A stretch of 64,000 nucleotides of DNA from Acetatifactor sp. (GTDB taxonomy: Bacteria > Bacillota > Clostridia > Lachnospirales > Lachnospiraceae), in contig CAVFYJ010000002.1 in the NCBI GenBank assembly GCA_963626545.1, forward strand, positions 18,263 to 82,262, written 5' to 3'. A program made the translations under genes and the position numbers. This document shows positions 18,319-27,823 of the stretch, in pieces (position 1 is the first letter of the stretch; every line of letters begins with the position of its first letter). Under the pieces are notes generated by a model. That model searched no databases, had not been told where the DNA came from, and worked only from the letters and a program-made list of their open reading frames with translations.

Positions 18319-19848
18319 ATGTCAAATTATCAAGCTTTTTCTGCTTCCGTGCAGGGAGCTTCGCATGTGAAGAAAAAGATTGTCATGCAGGATGCTTCAG
18401 GCAATTTTGAAGATGAAAAGGTAAAACTAATTGCATTATCAGATGGGCATGGCGATTCCAGTTGCTTCCGCAGTGATCGAGGTTCTAGATTGATCGTAGA
18501 TGTTGGAATAGCTGAATTGAAAGCATTTGCCGAGGAAATGGATGGAAAGGAATGCGAACTGGACGATGAGAAAAGTAGAGAAATTCGAATCAGACAGTTG
18601 ATTCGCAGAATACTGGCAAACTGGAATATTGAAGTGGAAAAAGATTTGGAAAATAATCCGGTTTCAGAAGAAGAGTATCAGATATGCAGCGATGAAACGA
18701 TCAGGCAGGCATACAAAAATGGAAGTAAGCAAAATGGAATGTACGGTGCTACCTTTATTGCGGTATTGCTAACTGATACATATGTATTGGCACTGCATCA
18801 AGGGGATGGCAGATGTTTGATGATAGACCGAAAGGGTGAAGTTATATATCCAATTCCATGGGATGAACGGTGTCAGGGAAGAAATACAACCTCGGTGTGC
18901 AATAGTGATGCGGCAGAATCAACACGATATTATTATGCAAGATTGGATGAACAAGATTGTCCTGCTGCTTTTTTTATGGCTTCTGATGGTATTGAGGATT
19001 CGTATCGTACACTAGAACTATCACAATGCTTTTATAAAGATTTGTGTGAAAAGTTGGTAATGGATGGGAAAGAAGAGACGACCCAGTGGTTGCTAAATGA
19101 ACAGTTGTATAAAGTTAGTTCGATAGGCAGTGGAGATGATATGTCAGTTGCTGGGATATTTGATACAGAAGCATTAAAGGCATTGACTCCAACTATGCAA
19201 AAGAAATACGATCAGCTTGCTTGGGAAGAAAAAGCAAGAAATGCAAAAGAACATTTGGATTCTATGCAGGGCAAAAGAAAGTATTTAAGAAAAAGATATG
19301 AAGAAGCACTGGCAAGAGGAGAGAAAGTAAATAATGTCCAGACGGACGAAACGAAATTAGAGGCAGAGAAAGCACGCAAGGTGGCTTTATACGAGGAATT
19401 AGAAAAGGCTGCATCACAGATTCATTTGTTAGAAGAGACACTCCAAAAACTTCGTGCTCATAAAGCAAAATATGAAAAAATAGAGGCTGAGTATAAAGAA
19501 TGTGAACAGACGCTTCATGCAATGGAAGAATGTGGAGACAGTCAAAAAAGATTTACGCATGAGCTGCAGCAGATTTCAAAAGAATATCAGGAATATGAAG
19601 AACGGTATCAAAACTGTCTGAATGCATATGATACAGCGATGGCAGAGGCAGATCGACTTCAAAATGAACAAAACCTACTTAAAGACAAAAAAGTAAACAA
19701 AGAAGCTGATACAGAGGTAACAGATGAAAGTGCAGCTGCAAAAGAAGCTGAAGAAGATGATTTTGCCCCAATGATTGATGAAGAAGAAAAGAAAATTGCA
19801 CTTCAAAAAAAGGCAATTGATGATTATATAAAAGATACACTGATGTAA
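18319..19848 (+). CDS. PP2C-family protein phosphatase with C-terminal coiled coil
   Basis: SVQGASH..QDA, ALSDGHG, QGDGR, ASDGIEDS, GDDMS. Confidence 0.9.
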   Translation: MSNYQAFSASVQGASHVKKKIVMQDASGNFEDEKVKLIALSDGHGDSSCFRSDRGSRLIVDVGIAELKAFAEEMDGKECELDDEKSREIRIRQLIRRILANWNIEVEKDLENNPVSEEEYQICSDETIRQAYKNGSKQNGMYGATFIAVLLTDTYVLALHQGDGRCLMIDRKGEVIYPIPWDERCQGRNTTSVCNSDAAESTRYYYARLDEQDCPAAFFMASDGIEDSYRTLELSQCFYKDLCEKLVMDGKEETTQWLLNEQLYKVSSIGSGDDMSVAGIFDTEALKALTPTMQKKYDQLAWEEKARNAKEHLDSMQGKRKYLRKRYEEALARGEKVNNVQTDETKLEAEKARKVALYEELEKAASQIHLLEETLQKLRAHKAKYEKIEAEYKECEQTLHAMEECGDSQKRFTHELQQISKEYQEYEERYQNCLNAYDTAMAEADRLQNEQNLLKDKKVNKEADTEVTDESAAAKEAEEDDFAPMIDEEEKKIALQKKAIDDYIKDTLM

Positions 19849-19864
19849 GGGAGGCGAAGAAACA

Positions 19865-20989
19865 ATGTCGGATATTGATAGAATAGGAGAGGAACTGCAA
19901 AAACGAGTTCTTCAGGATGGTATCATTTTTTTGGAACAGGAAGGAAAGCTGAATGGAATATTAGCTGATATGTTTCCAGAGTTAAAGAAAGAACGCAGAT
20001 GGGTTCGGATGGCAATGGAAAGTGGAATAGGAAAAACATTCAGTCGAATTGCTTCCTGTACCAACGAAAATGAAAAACAAAATTTATATCAGCAGATAAA
20101 AGCGCAGATTGAAGACGATGGTCTGGCGGATATTGCGATTGGATATGTCCTAGAGGCATTTTGTTATGCAATTGATTGGAATGCAAATACAGAAAAAAAA
20201 GAAAGGTTTGTTGAAAATTCTGTATATAATGAGTGGTCACAAAGTCCACAGTCTCATGCAATGGAAAATAATTCGGATAGACCGAGGAAAACATTGGGGG
20301 CAACTACAAATGCAGATATTGTATTTGTAATTGATGCAACAGATAGTATGTCTCCTATTCTAAATACGGTTAAAAACTTTACCATGTCTCTGCATGAAAA
20401 AGTAATACAGGGATTGCAGCAGTATCATCGTAAAATAAAACAGCTTAGAGTAAAGGTAATTGCCTTCAGAGATTATTATTGCGATGGGTATATGTCGCTT
20501 CAGGAGTCTCCATTTTTTTATCTTCCAGAGGATAATGAGAGATTTAAGGATTTTGTAACTAGGATAGAAGCGAAGGGCGGCGGAGATGAACCAGAAAGTG
20601 GATTGGAAGCATTAGCAGTAGCAATGCGTTCTGATTGGGAGAAGACTGGAACTTCAAAACGTCATGCAATCGTATTGTTTACGGATGCAGCGGCACATCC
20701 GCTTGAGCAGCAAAGATATGGAATTCCTGAAAATTATCCATCACCTATGTTAAAGTCGTATGAGGATCTGATGAGAGCATGGGATGGAGAAATGTATGGA
20801 ATGGAAGAATGCTATAATATGGATCGAAATGCAAGAAGATTGATTTTATTTACACCTGATACGGCTCCATGGAATCGAATTCGAGATAATTTTGATGTTA
20901 CAGTGTGGAATCCAACGATGAGAGATCGCGGTGGAGCAGAATTAAACATGGATTTGATTATTAATACGCTGTGTAAATCATTGAAATAA
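19865..20989 (+). CDS. vWA domain protein with N-terminal helical adaptor-like domain
   Basis: DIVFVIDATDSM, GGGDEPESGLEAL, VLFTDA. Confidence 0.87.
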   Translation: MSDIDRIGEELQKRVLQDGIIFLEQEGKLNGILADMFPELKKERRWVRMAMESGIGKTFSRIASCTNENEKQNLYQQIKAQIEDDGLADIAIGYVLEAFCYAIDWNANTEKKERFVENSVYNEWSQSPQSHAMENNSDRPRKTLGATTNADIVFVIDATDSMSPILNTVKNFTMSLHEKVIQGLQQYHRKIKQLRVKVIAFRDYYCDGYMSLQESPFFYLPEDNERFKDFVTRIEAKGGGDEPESGLEALAVAMRSDWEKTGTSKRHAIVLFTDAAAHPLEQQRYGIPENYPSPMLKSYEDLMRAWDGEMYGMEECYNMDRNARRLILFTPDTAPWNRIRDNFDVTVWNPTMRDRGGAELNMDLIINTLCKSLK

Positions 20990-21001
20990 TAGGAGAAAAA
21001 A

Positions 21002-22756
21002 ATGGAATATGGAAAAATAACACCTTTCACAGTACATTGTGCGGCTGTTTCTGATGAAGATGCACCACCAGAAGCAAACGAAAAATTTCTGATCGTATGC
21101 GATGGGCTAGGAGGAACTGGTCAGACAAAGCATAAAATTGGTGACCAATATTTTACTAGTGCTTATATTGGCTCAAGATGTGTAAGCGATGCTGTCAAAA
21201 AATATTGCGAAGATCGTAAGGGAGAATTGTGGAATGAAGATATAGCCATGATTACCAAAAAATTAAAAGATTATTTGGCATTGCGATTGGAGGAATGCAT
21301 TCAGAGCTATCACCTTGAAAAAACGTTAAAGGGCAATATGATTGAATTACTTCCGACAACATTGGCTATGGCTGTTTTTCGAAAGAACGGAAGTTTTCTT
21401 GATGTGCGCGTGATTTGGGCAGGAGATTCAAGAATATATCTTTTGACCCCTACAGATGGGCTTTCACAGTTATCTGTGGATGATGTAGATGGAAACTTTG
21501 ATGCAATGCGAGCATTGGGGCAATCGAATATGAATAATAATGTAACTGGTGAGGGAGTTGATCGGTTCCATTTGAATTATGCCGAGTACAAAATTCCGAT
21601 AAAGGATGGTTTGATTTTGTTTGCTGCGTCGGATGGCTGTTTTGATTATATTTCATCTCCAATGTGGTTTGAATATAAGCTACTAACAGCAGTTCGAGGT
21701 GTGTTTGATGATAGTCCATCTACTTTAGGGGAATGTATTGCAGATAATTATCAGGGAGAAAATTGCAAGGATGACACAACAATAGCAGGTATTGTGATTC
21801 AGTGGAATGAAGAGAAAAGCATTCGTGAGCTGTATCGAACAAGAGTCCTTTACATGAATGAAAATTTTCGCAATCCTTTTCGAAATGTAGTTGGAGATCA
21901 AAGCATCAGGGAGGAAGATTTAGATCAGAAGAAAACAGATTTGAATAGACGATTCAGTCTAATTGAAGCAGAACTTATAAAAGCAACAATCACATTTTTG
22001 CGACAACCAGTATGGTTTGATATGCAGCAAGAACTGAAAAGTCGTATTTTAAAGATGGATTGTCTGGCAAATTATTTTCTTGCACGGACTCAGTGCAAGG
22101 AAGAATTGCGGAAAAAACAACAAGAATTGCAAATAGAGACGTCAGAGAAAAAGAAAGATGAGCAGTCTTTAAATCGCTTGATTGAATACTATATGAAAAA
22201 TTATATTCAGAGATTGGAAATTCCACAGAAGAAAATCCTTTTCTGGGATAAAAAAAGAGATCCAATTTGTGAGATGGTTGAAAGATATAGAGAGCTGGCA
22301 AGGTCTCAGAAAAATGAAGAGAACGCTGACGAAATGACGAATAGAAACATGAACCAGCTGTATCAGAAAATTCAAAATCAATTGGAGCAGTCAGGCGAAC
22401 TTGATCGTGTACGTATGCAAAGCAATGAAATTGAAAGTATGCAGCGTCATGATTTAAATATTGCACGCTTAAGAGAGGAAATAAAGAGTTTACAAAGAGG
22501 ACAGGACATTGAACAGTATATAAACGGAATCAGAAAAAAATTCTGTTTGGAATGTTTGTATGTGTTTGGAATGGAGCGCATTCTTAATCAGGAGGTAAAA
22601 CAAGAGTTTTTGAAACTTCAGTCCGATTTTAAGTGTATAGAAGATCTGCAATATGAATATGAAAAGAACCAAAATTGGGAAAATTTATTTTGGCAGGATC
22701 ATTATAAAGAAAAATATGAAAAATATAGACTAGCAAAGAGTCTGGGGAAGGTATGA
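21002..22756 (+). CDS. PP2C-like phosphatase with C-terminal coiled coil
   Basis: EDA, VCDGLGG, PTTLA, WAGDSR, ASDGCFD, KDDTT. Confidence 0.87.
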   Translation: MEYGKITPFTVHCAAVSDEDAPPEANEKFLIVCDGLGGTGQTKHKIGDQYFTSAYIGSRCVSDAVKKYCEDRKGELWNEDIAMITKKLKDYLALRLEECIQSYHLEKTLKGNMIELLPTTLAMAVFRKNGSFLDVRVIWAGDSRIYLLTPTDGLSQLSVDDVDGNFDAMRALGQSNMNNNVTGEGVDRFHLNYAEYKIPIKDGLILFAASDGCFDYISSPMWFEYKLLTAVRGVFDDSPSTLGECIADNYQGENCKDDTTIAGIVIQWNEEKSIRELYRTRVLYMNENFRNPFRNVVGDQSIREEDLDQKKTDLNRRFSLIEAELIKATITFLRQPVWFDMQQELKSRILKMDCLANYFLARTQCKEELRKKQQELQIETSEKKKDEQSLNRLIEYYMKNYIQRLEIPQKKILFWDKKRDPICEMVERYRELARSQKNEENADEMTNRNMNQLYQKIQNQLEQSGELDRVRMQSNEIESMQRHDLNIARLREEIKSLQRGQDIEQYINGIRKKFCLECLYVFGMERILNQEVKQEFLKLQSDFKCIEDLQYEYEKNQNWENLFWQDHYKEKYEKYRLAKSLGKV

Positions 22757-23976
22757 TGGCAGAAATAATAGAGGGATATCATTGTCAAGGAAATTGGCAG
22801 ACGGCGGCAAATGGTGATTATATTTTTGCTGAGAAAAATGGAAGAGAATTCTTTTTAAAGCGATTTCAAGAACCAAAATATCCAGAGGAAAGTTTGAGTG
22901 CTGAGTTTCGTGATAAAAAGATACAAAGATGTGAGCAATTTAGTCAGGAACGAAGAAAAATTATTGTGGCATTGCAGCAAGTTTCAATGGGAAATGGAAA
23001 CATACTGACCCCGCAGGAATTTTTTTTAAGTAAGCCGTATTATTATCAGGCAAGTTTGAAAAGTAGTGAACAGGAGGCAACAATCTCTGAGATCGTAAAG
23101 CTTCCAGAAGAAAAGCGAATGTTATTGATAAAAACACTCTGCATGGATCTGATGAAAATTCACAGTGCGAAGATTGTACACGGTGATTTGAAACCAGATA
23201 ATATATTGATTTCAAGATCAAAAAGTGGCGAGTTAGTCTGTAAATTGATTGATTTTGATGATTCGTATTTTTCACAGCATCCGCCACTGCCGGGTGATAC
23301 AATGGGAACAGAGGAATATTGGAGTCCTGAATTGGCAGAGTACAAGGTAACAGAAGATGCATCTTTGGCATCTAAAATTACATGTCAGTCTGATGTTTTT
23401 GCGTTAGGATTGATTTTACATGAGTATTGTACTGGAAAATTACCGGATACACATGGTGGTGGAAATGCATACGAGTATGTGTATGAAGGTGGGGTTTTGA
23501 CAGCAGATAAAAGCATTAAATCAGAAAAGTTGCGAAAGCTGATCAACTCAATGCTGCTGTTTGAACCGAGTGAGCGCCCAACAAGCAAAGAAATTGTTGA
23601 GCAGTTAACGGGAATACAAAAAAAATATTATATAGTTGATGTGGAGAGTACGCAGGGAGGTATTGCACTAGTAAATGAAAAGCCATTTTTAAAGGTAACA
23701 GAGAAAGATATATTAAATTTTTCAGCGGAACCAATAAAAGGATATCGTTTTTTATATTGGGAGTGCAATGGGATTCAAAAAGAAGAGTCTGTACTTCGGA
23801 TAAGAACAACTCAAGATTTATCAGTAAAGGCTTTTTTTGAAAAAATAGAAGAGTCAGAAGATGATGATTTTGTAACGCTCATCCCGTTAGAGAACGATAA
23901 GCTAAAAGCAGTATTTCCAGACAATACCGCCCAGATTTTGGATACGGCAACTGCGAAAATATTGGGATGGATTTAA
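22753..23976 (+). CDS. Ser/Thr protein kinase with C-terminal InlB-B-repeat-like beta domain
   Basis: FFLKRF, HGDLKPDNIL, IDFD, GTEEYWSPE, SDVFALG; AEPIKGYRFLYW...VKAFF. Confidence 0.9.
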   Translation: MMAEIIEGYHCQGNWQTAANGDYIFAEKNGREFFLKRFQEPKYPEESLSAEFRDKKIQRCEQFSQERRKIIVALQQVSMGNGNILTPQEFFLSKPYYYQASLKSSEQEATISEIVKLPEEKRMLLIKTLCMDLMKIHSAKIVHGDLKPDNILISRSKSGELVCKLIDFDDSYFSQHPPLPGDTMGTEEYWSPELAEYKVTEDASLASKITCQSDVFALGLILHEYCTGKLPDTHGGGNAYEYVYEGGVLTADKSIKSEKLRKLINSMLLFEPSERPTSKEIVEQLTGIQKKYYIVDVESTQGGIALVNEKPFLKVTEKDILNFSAEPIKGYRFLYWECNGIQKEESVLRIRTTQDLSVKAFFEKIEESEDDDFVTLIPLENDKLKAVFPDNTAQILDTATAKILGWI

Positions 23977-23988
23977 GGAGGAGCAAGG

Positions 23989-24762
23989 ATGTGGTATTGG
24001 ACATGTGATAAATGCAATCACGAGAATCCGTGCATCAATGATACCTGTGAACTATGCAAAGAAAAATGGAGCGTACAAAATGCTGCGGAGATGAAAAGGG
24101 TAATTGGAACAAAACAGACAGAGATAGCAGAAACAAAAAAGAAAATTGCAATTGATAAAGTAAATCAAACTAGGGAGAAACAAAAAAGATTTAAGGTGGA
24201 AAAACGTAGACTACAGTCAGCAACATTTTATGTTCAGATGATGAGATTCATGAAAATAGCATCCATCGCAATCGTGCCAGTTGCTATATGTGGAATATTG
24301 TTTTTCTGTTTCAATTTGTTTGGGTTGAAGAAAGAACTGTTTTGGCTTTTTCAAGGAGTGCTAATCGTTGCAAATGGAATTGCGTTCGCTGCGATTTTGA
24401 TGATGTTTGGCTATTCAGTTGTCAATAATTTTACAAAACATTCAATAGTTACGACGACAACGATAAATGGTTATATTGCTGAATGTAGAATTTTGGGAGT
24501 GATTTCAGCTATTATTGCTTATTTTTGCTTGCCGGGAAAAACAGCAGTCGAAATGATTTCACTTTATCAGGTGTTGTCTATAAGCAGCAGGGTTGTCGGA
24601 ATGATATGGATTGTTTTCGGGATACTGAATCTTTTGATCACAGCGGTAGCAATACTTTGTAAAAGAAAAAAGGCAAGGATTGAATTGTTGGATGGAACAA
24701 GAATTCCAGCATTTGTGGTAGGAGCATTATTCTTTTGGATGGCTGGATTGTTTGCAATATAA
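23989..24762 (+). CDS. Membrane protein with N-terminal RanBP2-type zinc finger
   Basis: W-x-C-x2-C-x3-N-x6-C-x2-C (WTCDKCNHENPCINDTCELC); coiled coil; ~5 hydrophobic helices. Confidence 0.75.
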   Translation: MWYWTCDKCNHENPCINDTCELCKEKWSVQNAAEMKRVIGTKQTEIAETKKKIAIDKVNQTREKQKRFKVEKRRLQSATFYVQMMRFMKIASIAIVPVAICGILFFCFNLFGLKKELFWLFQGVLIVANGIAFAAILMMFGYSVVNNFTKHSIVTTTTINGYIAECRILGVISAIIAYFCLPGKTAVEMISLYQVLSISSRVVGMIWIVFGILNLLITAVAILCKRKKARIELLDGTRIPAFVVGALFFWMAGLFAI

Positions 24763-24789
24763 ATTTATGGACAAATATATGACGAAAGG

Positions 24790-25158
24790 ATGGTAGAAAA
24801 AATGGCAAGACATGAAGCAGTTTTTATGGATATTACATGTAGTGTGTACAAGCAAAAGTTTTATCTGCGCTATGATTATGCAGCAGATGATATGTGGGTG
24901 TTGACATATGGAGTAAAAGAAAAGGAGCGTTCGACTCAAATGATAGGATCGAGTCAAAGCATTGATATGTCGCAGACTAGAACCGGTCCGCAATATAGAT
25001 GCCCATATTGTGGAAATATCCATATTGTTAAATGTGGAGCTTGCGGCCAACTAGTATGTCATGACGAATCGGATCGTTTTCAGTGCATATGTGGACACAG
25101 AGGTACAATTACTGGAAGAATTCGAACAGTATCTGGTTATACGGGAAAAGCACAGTAG
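24790..25158 (+). CDS. TerY-C-type metal-binding domain protein
   Basis: CPYCGN...KCGACGQLVC...CICG Cys pattern in TerY-P context. Confidence 0.75.
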   Translation: MVEKMARHEAVFMDITCSVYKQKFYLRYDYAADDMWVLTYGVKEKERSTQMIGSSQSIDMSQTRTGPQYRCPYCGNIHIVKCGACGQLVCHDESDRFQCICGHRGTITGRIRTVSGYTGKAQ

Positions 25159-25239
25159 CACAAGAATGGGAGGAGTCGGCATGATATCCTCCCGTTTTGC
25201 TAATAGAGAATTGTGGCTGGTAAATGAGAGGAAAAAGAG

Positions 25240-26634
25240 ATGAAAAAAACAACGGGAGATATAATTGCACAGATTTGTCAAAGCAAGGGCATGAAAGTAC
25301 TGGAAAAAGAACAGACTGCAACAATGGCATTTGCAATGGAAACAACAAAGCTAAAACGACAAAAAGAATTGCTAAAGGGATTGTACAAATCAGATGAAAT
25401 GAAACATTTGATAGAGGCAGCGGACAAAGATGAGGCAGAAAAACGAGTTGCGCTTCTTGCAGCGAAGGAAAGTCTTTTGAAACAAAAGATATGTATTGAT
25501 CAGATGGAGGCAGTCATATTTGTGAATGAGATCGCAAAGGGATTCTCATGGAATTTAGGATTGCCATATCCGGAAACAATGAAAAGAAAAACAAAAGAAA
25601 CAATAAGTTGGAAAGATCTTCCCCTTTCAAGAATAAAAAAGATGGCAGAGGACGGAAATGGGGAAGCACAGTTTTACCTTGGAAAATGCTATTTTAATGG
25701 ATATCGAGAGAATGCGCCATTACATGCTGTAAAGAAATGGCTGAGGATTATCAAAAATGGATATATAGGAATTAGGAGTGAATTCACAATGATAGATAGT
25801 GCAGATATGGCTGAACTTTGGTTTCATGAGGCACTCAAAAGCGGAGTAGAGGAAGCTTATGGATATAAGGGAGAGATCTATCGGATAAATAAAATGGAGT
25901 ACAAAACCGCCATTTCCTTATATAGGAAAGGCATGCAACATGGGTATATTTTTGCAACACGTGGATATGCGATTTGCAGATTGTATGGAATTGGGATTGA
26001 ACCAAATGAAATAGAAGCTAGAAAAATGTTGGAAGAATTAGTAGAAAATGGGGATGCCTTATCAATGTATTGGATGGCCAGATTGTACCAAGAAGGTCTA
26101 GGGGGATGCGAAGCAAATGGTGAAAAAGCAATTGAGTGGTGCAAGCGTGCGATTGAAAAAAAGATGAGAGGAACTTATTCAATATGGGGAGATTGCTATG
26201 CAGATGGTGAAGGGGGGATAAAGCAAGATTATAAAAAGGCGGTAAAGATCTACCGAAAAGGAACCTTACATGGTGGGAACAGCTCTGTATACAGGTTGGC
26301 ACGCTGCTATTACTTTGGACAAGGAGTAACAAAAAATAAAAATAAGGCATTGCGTTTGTTTAAGTTAGCCGCATCGTGGGGAAATGTACAGGCTATGGCG
26401 GTTGTGGGACAGATGTGTTATGAGGCGGATGGTGTAATAAGAGATTATCCAAGCGCAATTAAGTATTTTACAAGAGCAGCTGATCGAGGAGATACTGCCG
26501 CTATGAGATACCTTGTAGAAGCATATAGAGATGGAGTAGGAGTTAAGAAAAATACAGATGAAGCATTAAAATGGTTTCACAAGGCAGAAGAATATGAAGC
26601 AAAAGAGGCGGAACTGGAAAAAGAAAGCAATTGA
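25240..26634 (+). CDS. Sel1-like repeat protein with N-terminal helical domain
   Basis: Multiple Sel1 repeats (AQFYLGKCYFNG, LARCYYFGQGV, AMRYLVEAYRDGVGV). Confidence 0.88.
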   Translation: MKKTTGDIIAQICQSKGMKVLEKEQTATMAFAMETTKLKRQKELLKGLYKSDEMKHLIEAADKDEAEKRVALLAAKESLLKQKICIDQMEAVIFVNEIAKGFSWNLGLPYPETMKRKTKETISWKDLPLSRIKKMAEDGNGEAQFYLGKCYFNGYRENAPLHAVKKWLRIIKNGYIGIRSEFTMIDSADMAELWFHEALKSGVEEAYGYKGEIYRINKMEYKTAISLYRKGMQHGYIFATRGYAICRLYGIGIEPNEIEARKMLEELVENGDALSMYWMARLYQEGLGGCEANGEKAIEWCKRAIEKKMRGTYSIWGDCYADGEGGIKQDYKKAVKIYRKGTLHGGNSSVYRLARCYYFGQGVTKNKNKALRLFKLAASWGNVQAMAVVGQMCYEADGVIRDYPSAIKYFTRAADRGDTAAMRYLVEAYRDGVGVKKNTDEALKWFHKAEEYEAKEAELEKESN

Positions 26635-26639
26635 TTTAA

Positions 26640-26683
26640 AAAGATTGCGTATTTTTAGTAAAAAACTAAAATACGCAATCTTT
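26640..26683. terminator. Bidirectional terminator
   Basis: aaagattgcgtatttt(t)ag / ctaaaatacgcaatcttt between convergent genes. Confidence 0.8.
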
Positions 26684-26694
26684 ACTGGAATATG

Positions 26695-27123
26695 TTAAGA
26701 AACAGAACGACAGTCTAACAGTTTAGGATAAACCGCATCACATATTTTTGCAGCAACAAGGCAAAGATTCATACATGTTTTGCCAACAATACCCGACTGA
26801 ATAAAGGCGTCAATAAAGACATCTACTGTATTTTGGTCTGTATTTAGACAGAAGCGGACGAAGCGGTATGTATTATTGAAGGTATTGATCAGTGATAAAA
26901 CTGTATTTTGGGAAATAGAAGAAACTTGAAATAGATTCCAGATACGGATATAAACAACCTGATTGTTGGAATCAAAAATAAGGTGAACGTTAAAATTAGA
27001 CAGTGTATCGCCAGTGATTTTTATAGAGATCTGGTCATTTCCGCTTTGTGTGTTTTCCTCTATACAGTAATGAATTTTATATTGCTTTAAAAACTCAGTA
27101 AATTCTTTTGTTGTGTTTAGCAT
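26695..27123 (-). CDS. YbjN/T3SS-chaperone-like domain protein
   Basis: LSLINTFNNTYRFVRFCLN...DA pattern typical of YbjN; size 142 aa. Confidence 0.7.
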   Translation of the reverse strand: MLNTTKEFTEFLKQYKIHYCIEENTQSGNDQISIKITGDTLSNFNVHLIFDSNNQVVYIRIWNLFQVSSISQNTVLSLINTFNNTYRFVRFCLNTDQNTVDVFIDAFIQSGIVGKTCMNLCLVAAKICDAVYPKLLDCRSVS

Positions 27124-27305
27124 ATTAATCGAATCCTTTCCCTTTTTATTTTACTATAATTATATCAAAAATTTCTGCGGGGGGGGTAAATTTTGACGCA
27201 AACTTAACCAATTTTGCTGTTTTGAGAGAAAATCGATAGTTTGATATAAAATACCATTGCAAAGAAAAGGAAACATGAATACTATTTGAGTAGGAGGTAT
27301 GGATA

Positions 27306-27704
27306 ATGAATACATACGAAAACTATTTAGAGACAGCAAGAAGTCTGACATTTGAGCAAATGAAGATGCTTCATCAGGAGCTGCTTGCAGAGATTGATAA
27401 CGATCCGGTTGGACAGGAGTTGTATGAAGAACTGATTGGAGAAGCCACTTCCTATGCAAAGATTCGGGCAGAGTGGTTACGCATGGAGCGCAGTCAGAAG
27501 ATGGAGCAGGATTCGCTTCGCACAGGCTATCATAATAGTGTGATTACATGTTTTAACATGATGGCACGCTATTTAAAGACACAGGGGAAGCCAGCAAAAT
27601 GGCGAGATGAATTAGGATATGAGGAAGAGGATAAATATTTCCGAAAGACAATTGGTGATTTTGGATGCTATCTTGTCTTTATCAACAGCCTTTGTGCGAG
27701 ATAA
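27306..27704 (+). CDS. Hypothetical helical protein
   Basis: AGGAGGT RBS; 132-aa ORF. Confidence 0.7.
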   Translation: MNTYENYLETARSLTFEQMKMLHQELLAEIDNDPVGQELYEELIGEATSYAKIRAEWLRMERSQKMEQDSLRTGYHNSVITCFNMMARYLKTQGKPAKWRDELGYEEEDKYFRKTIGDFGCYLVFINSLCAR

Positions 27705-27823
27705 TTTCCTACTTCCTATTTCCACCTATATGTGTTATAATTATTCCGTATGGTTTCTGTAAAAAGAATGTAACTATATTGAATGATTTCACGTTGCCTG
27801 CATAACAGGCAGGGGAGAGATGG

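Noticed and set aside
8290..27123. Island as an ICE/IME or prophage
   Set aside because: No integrase, relaxase, MPF or phage structural genes, and no flanking direct repeats seen
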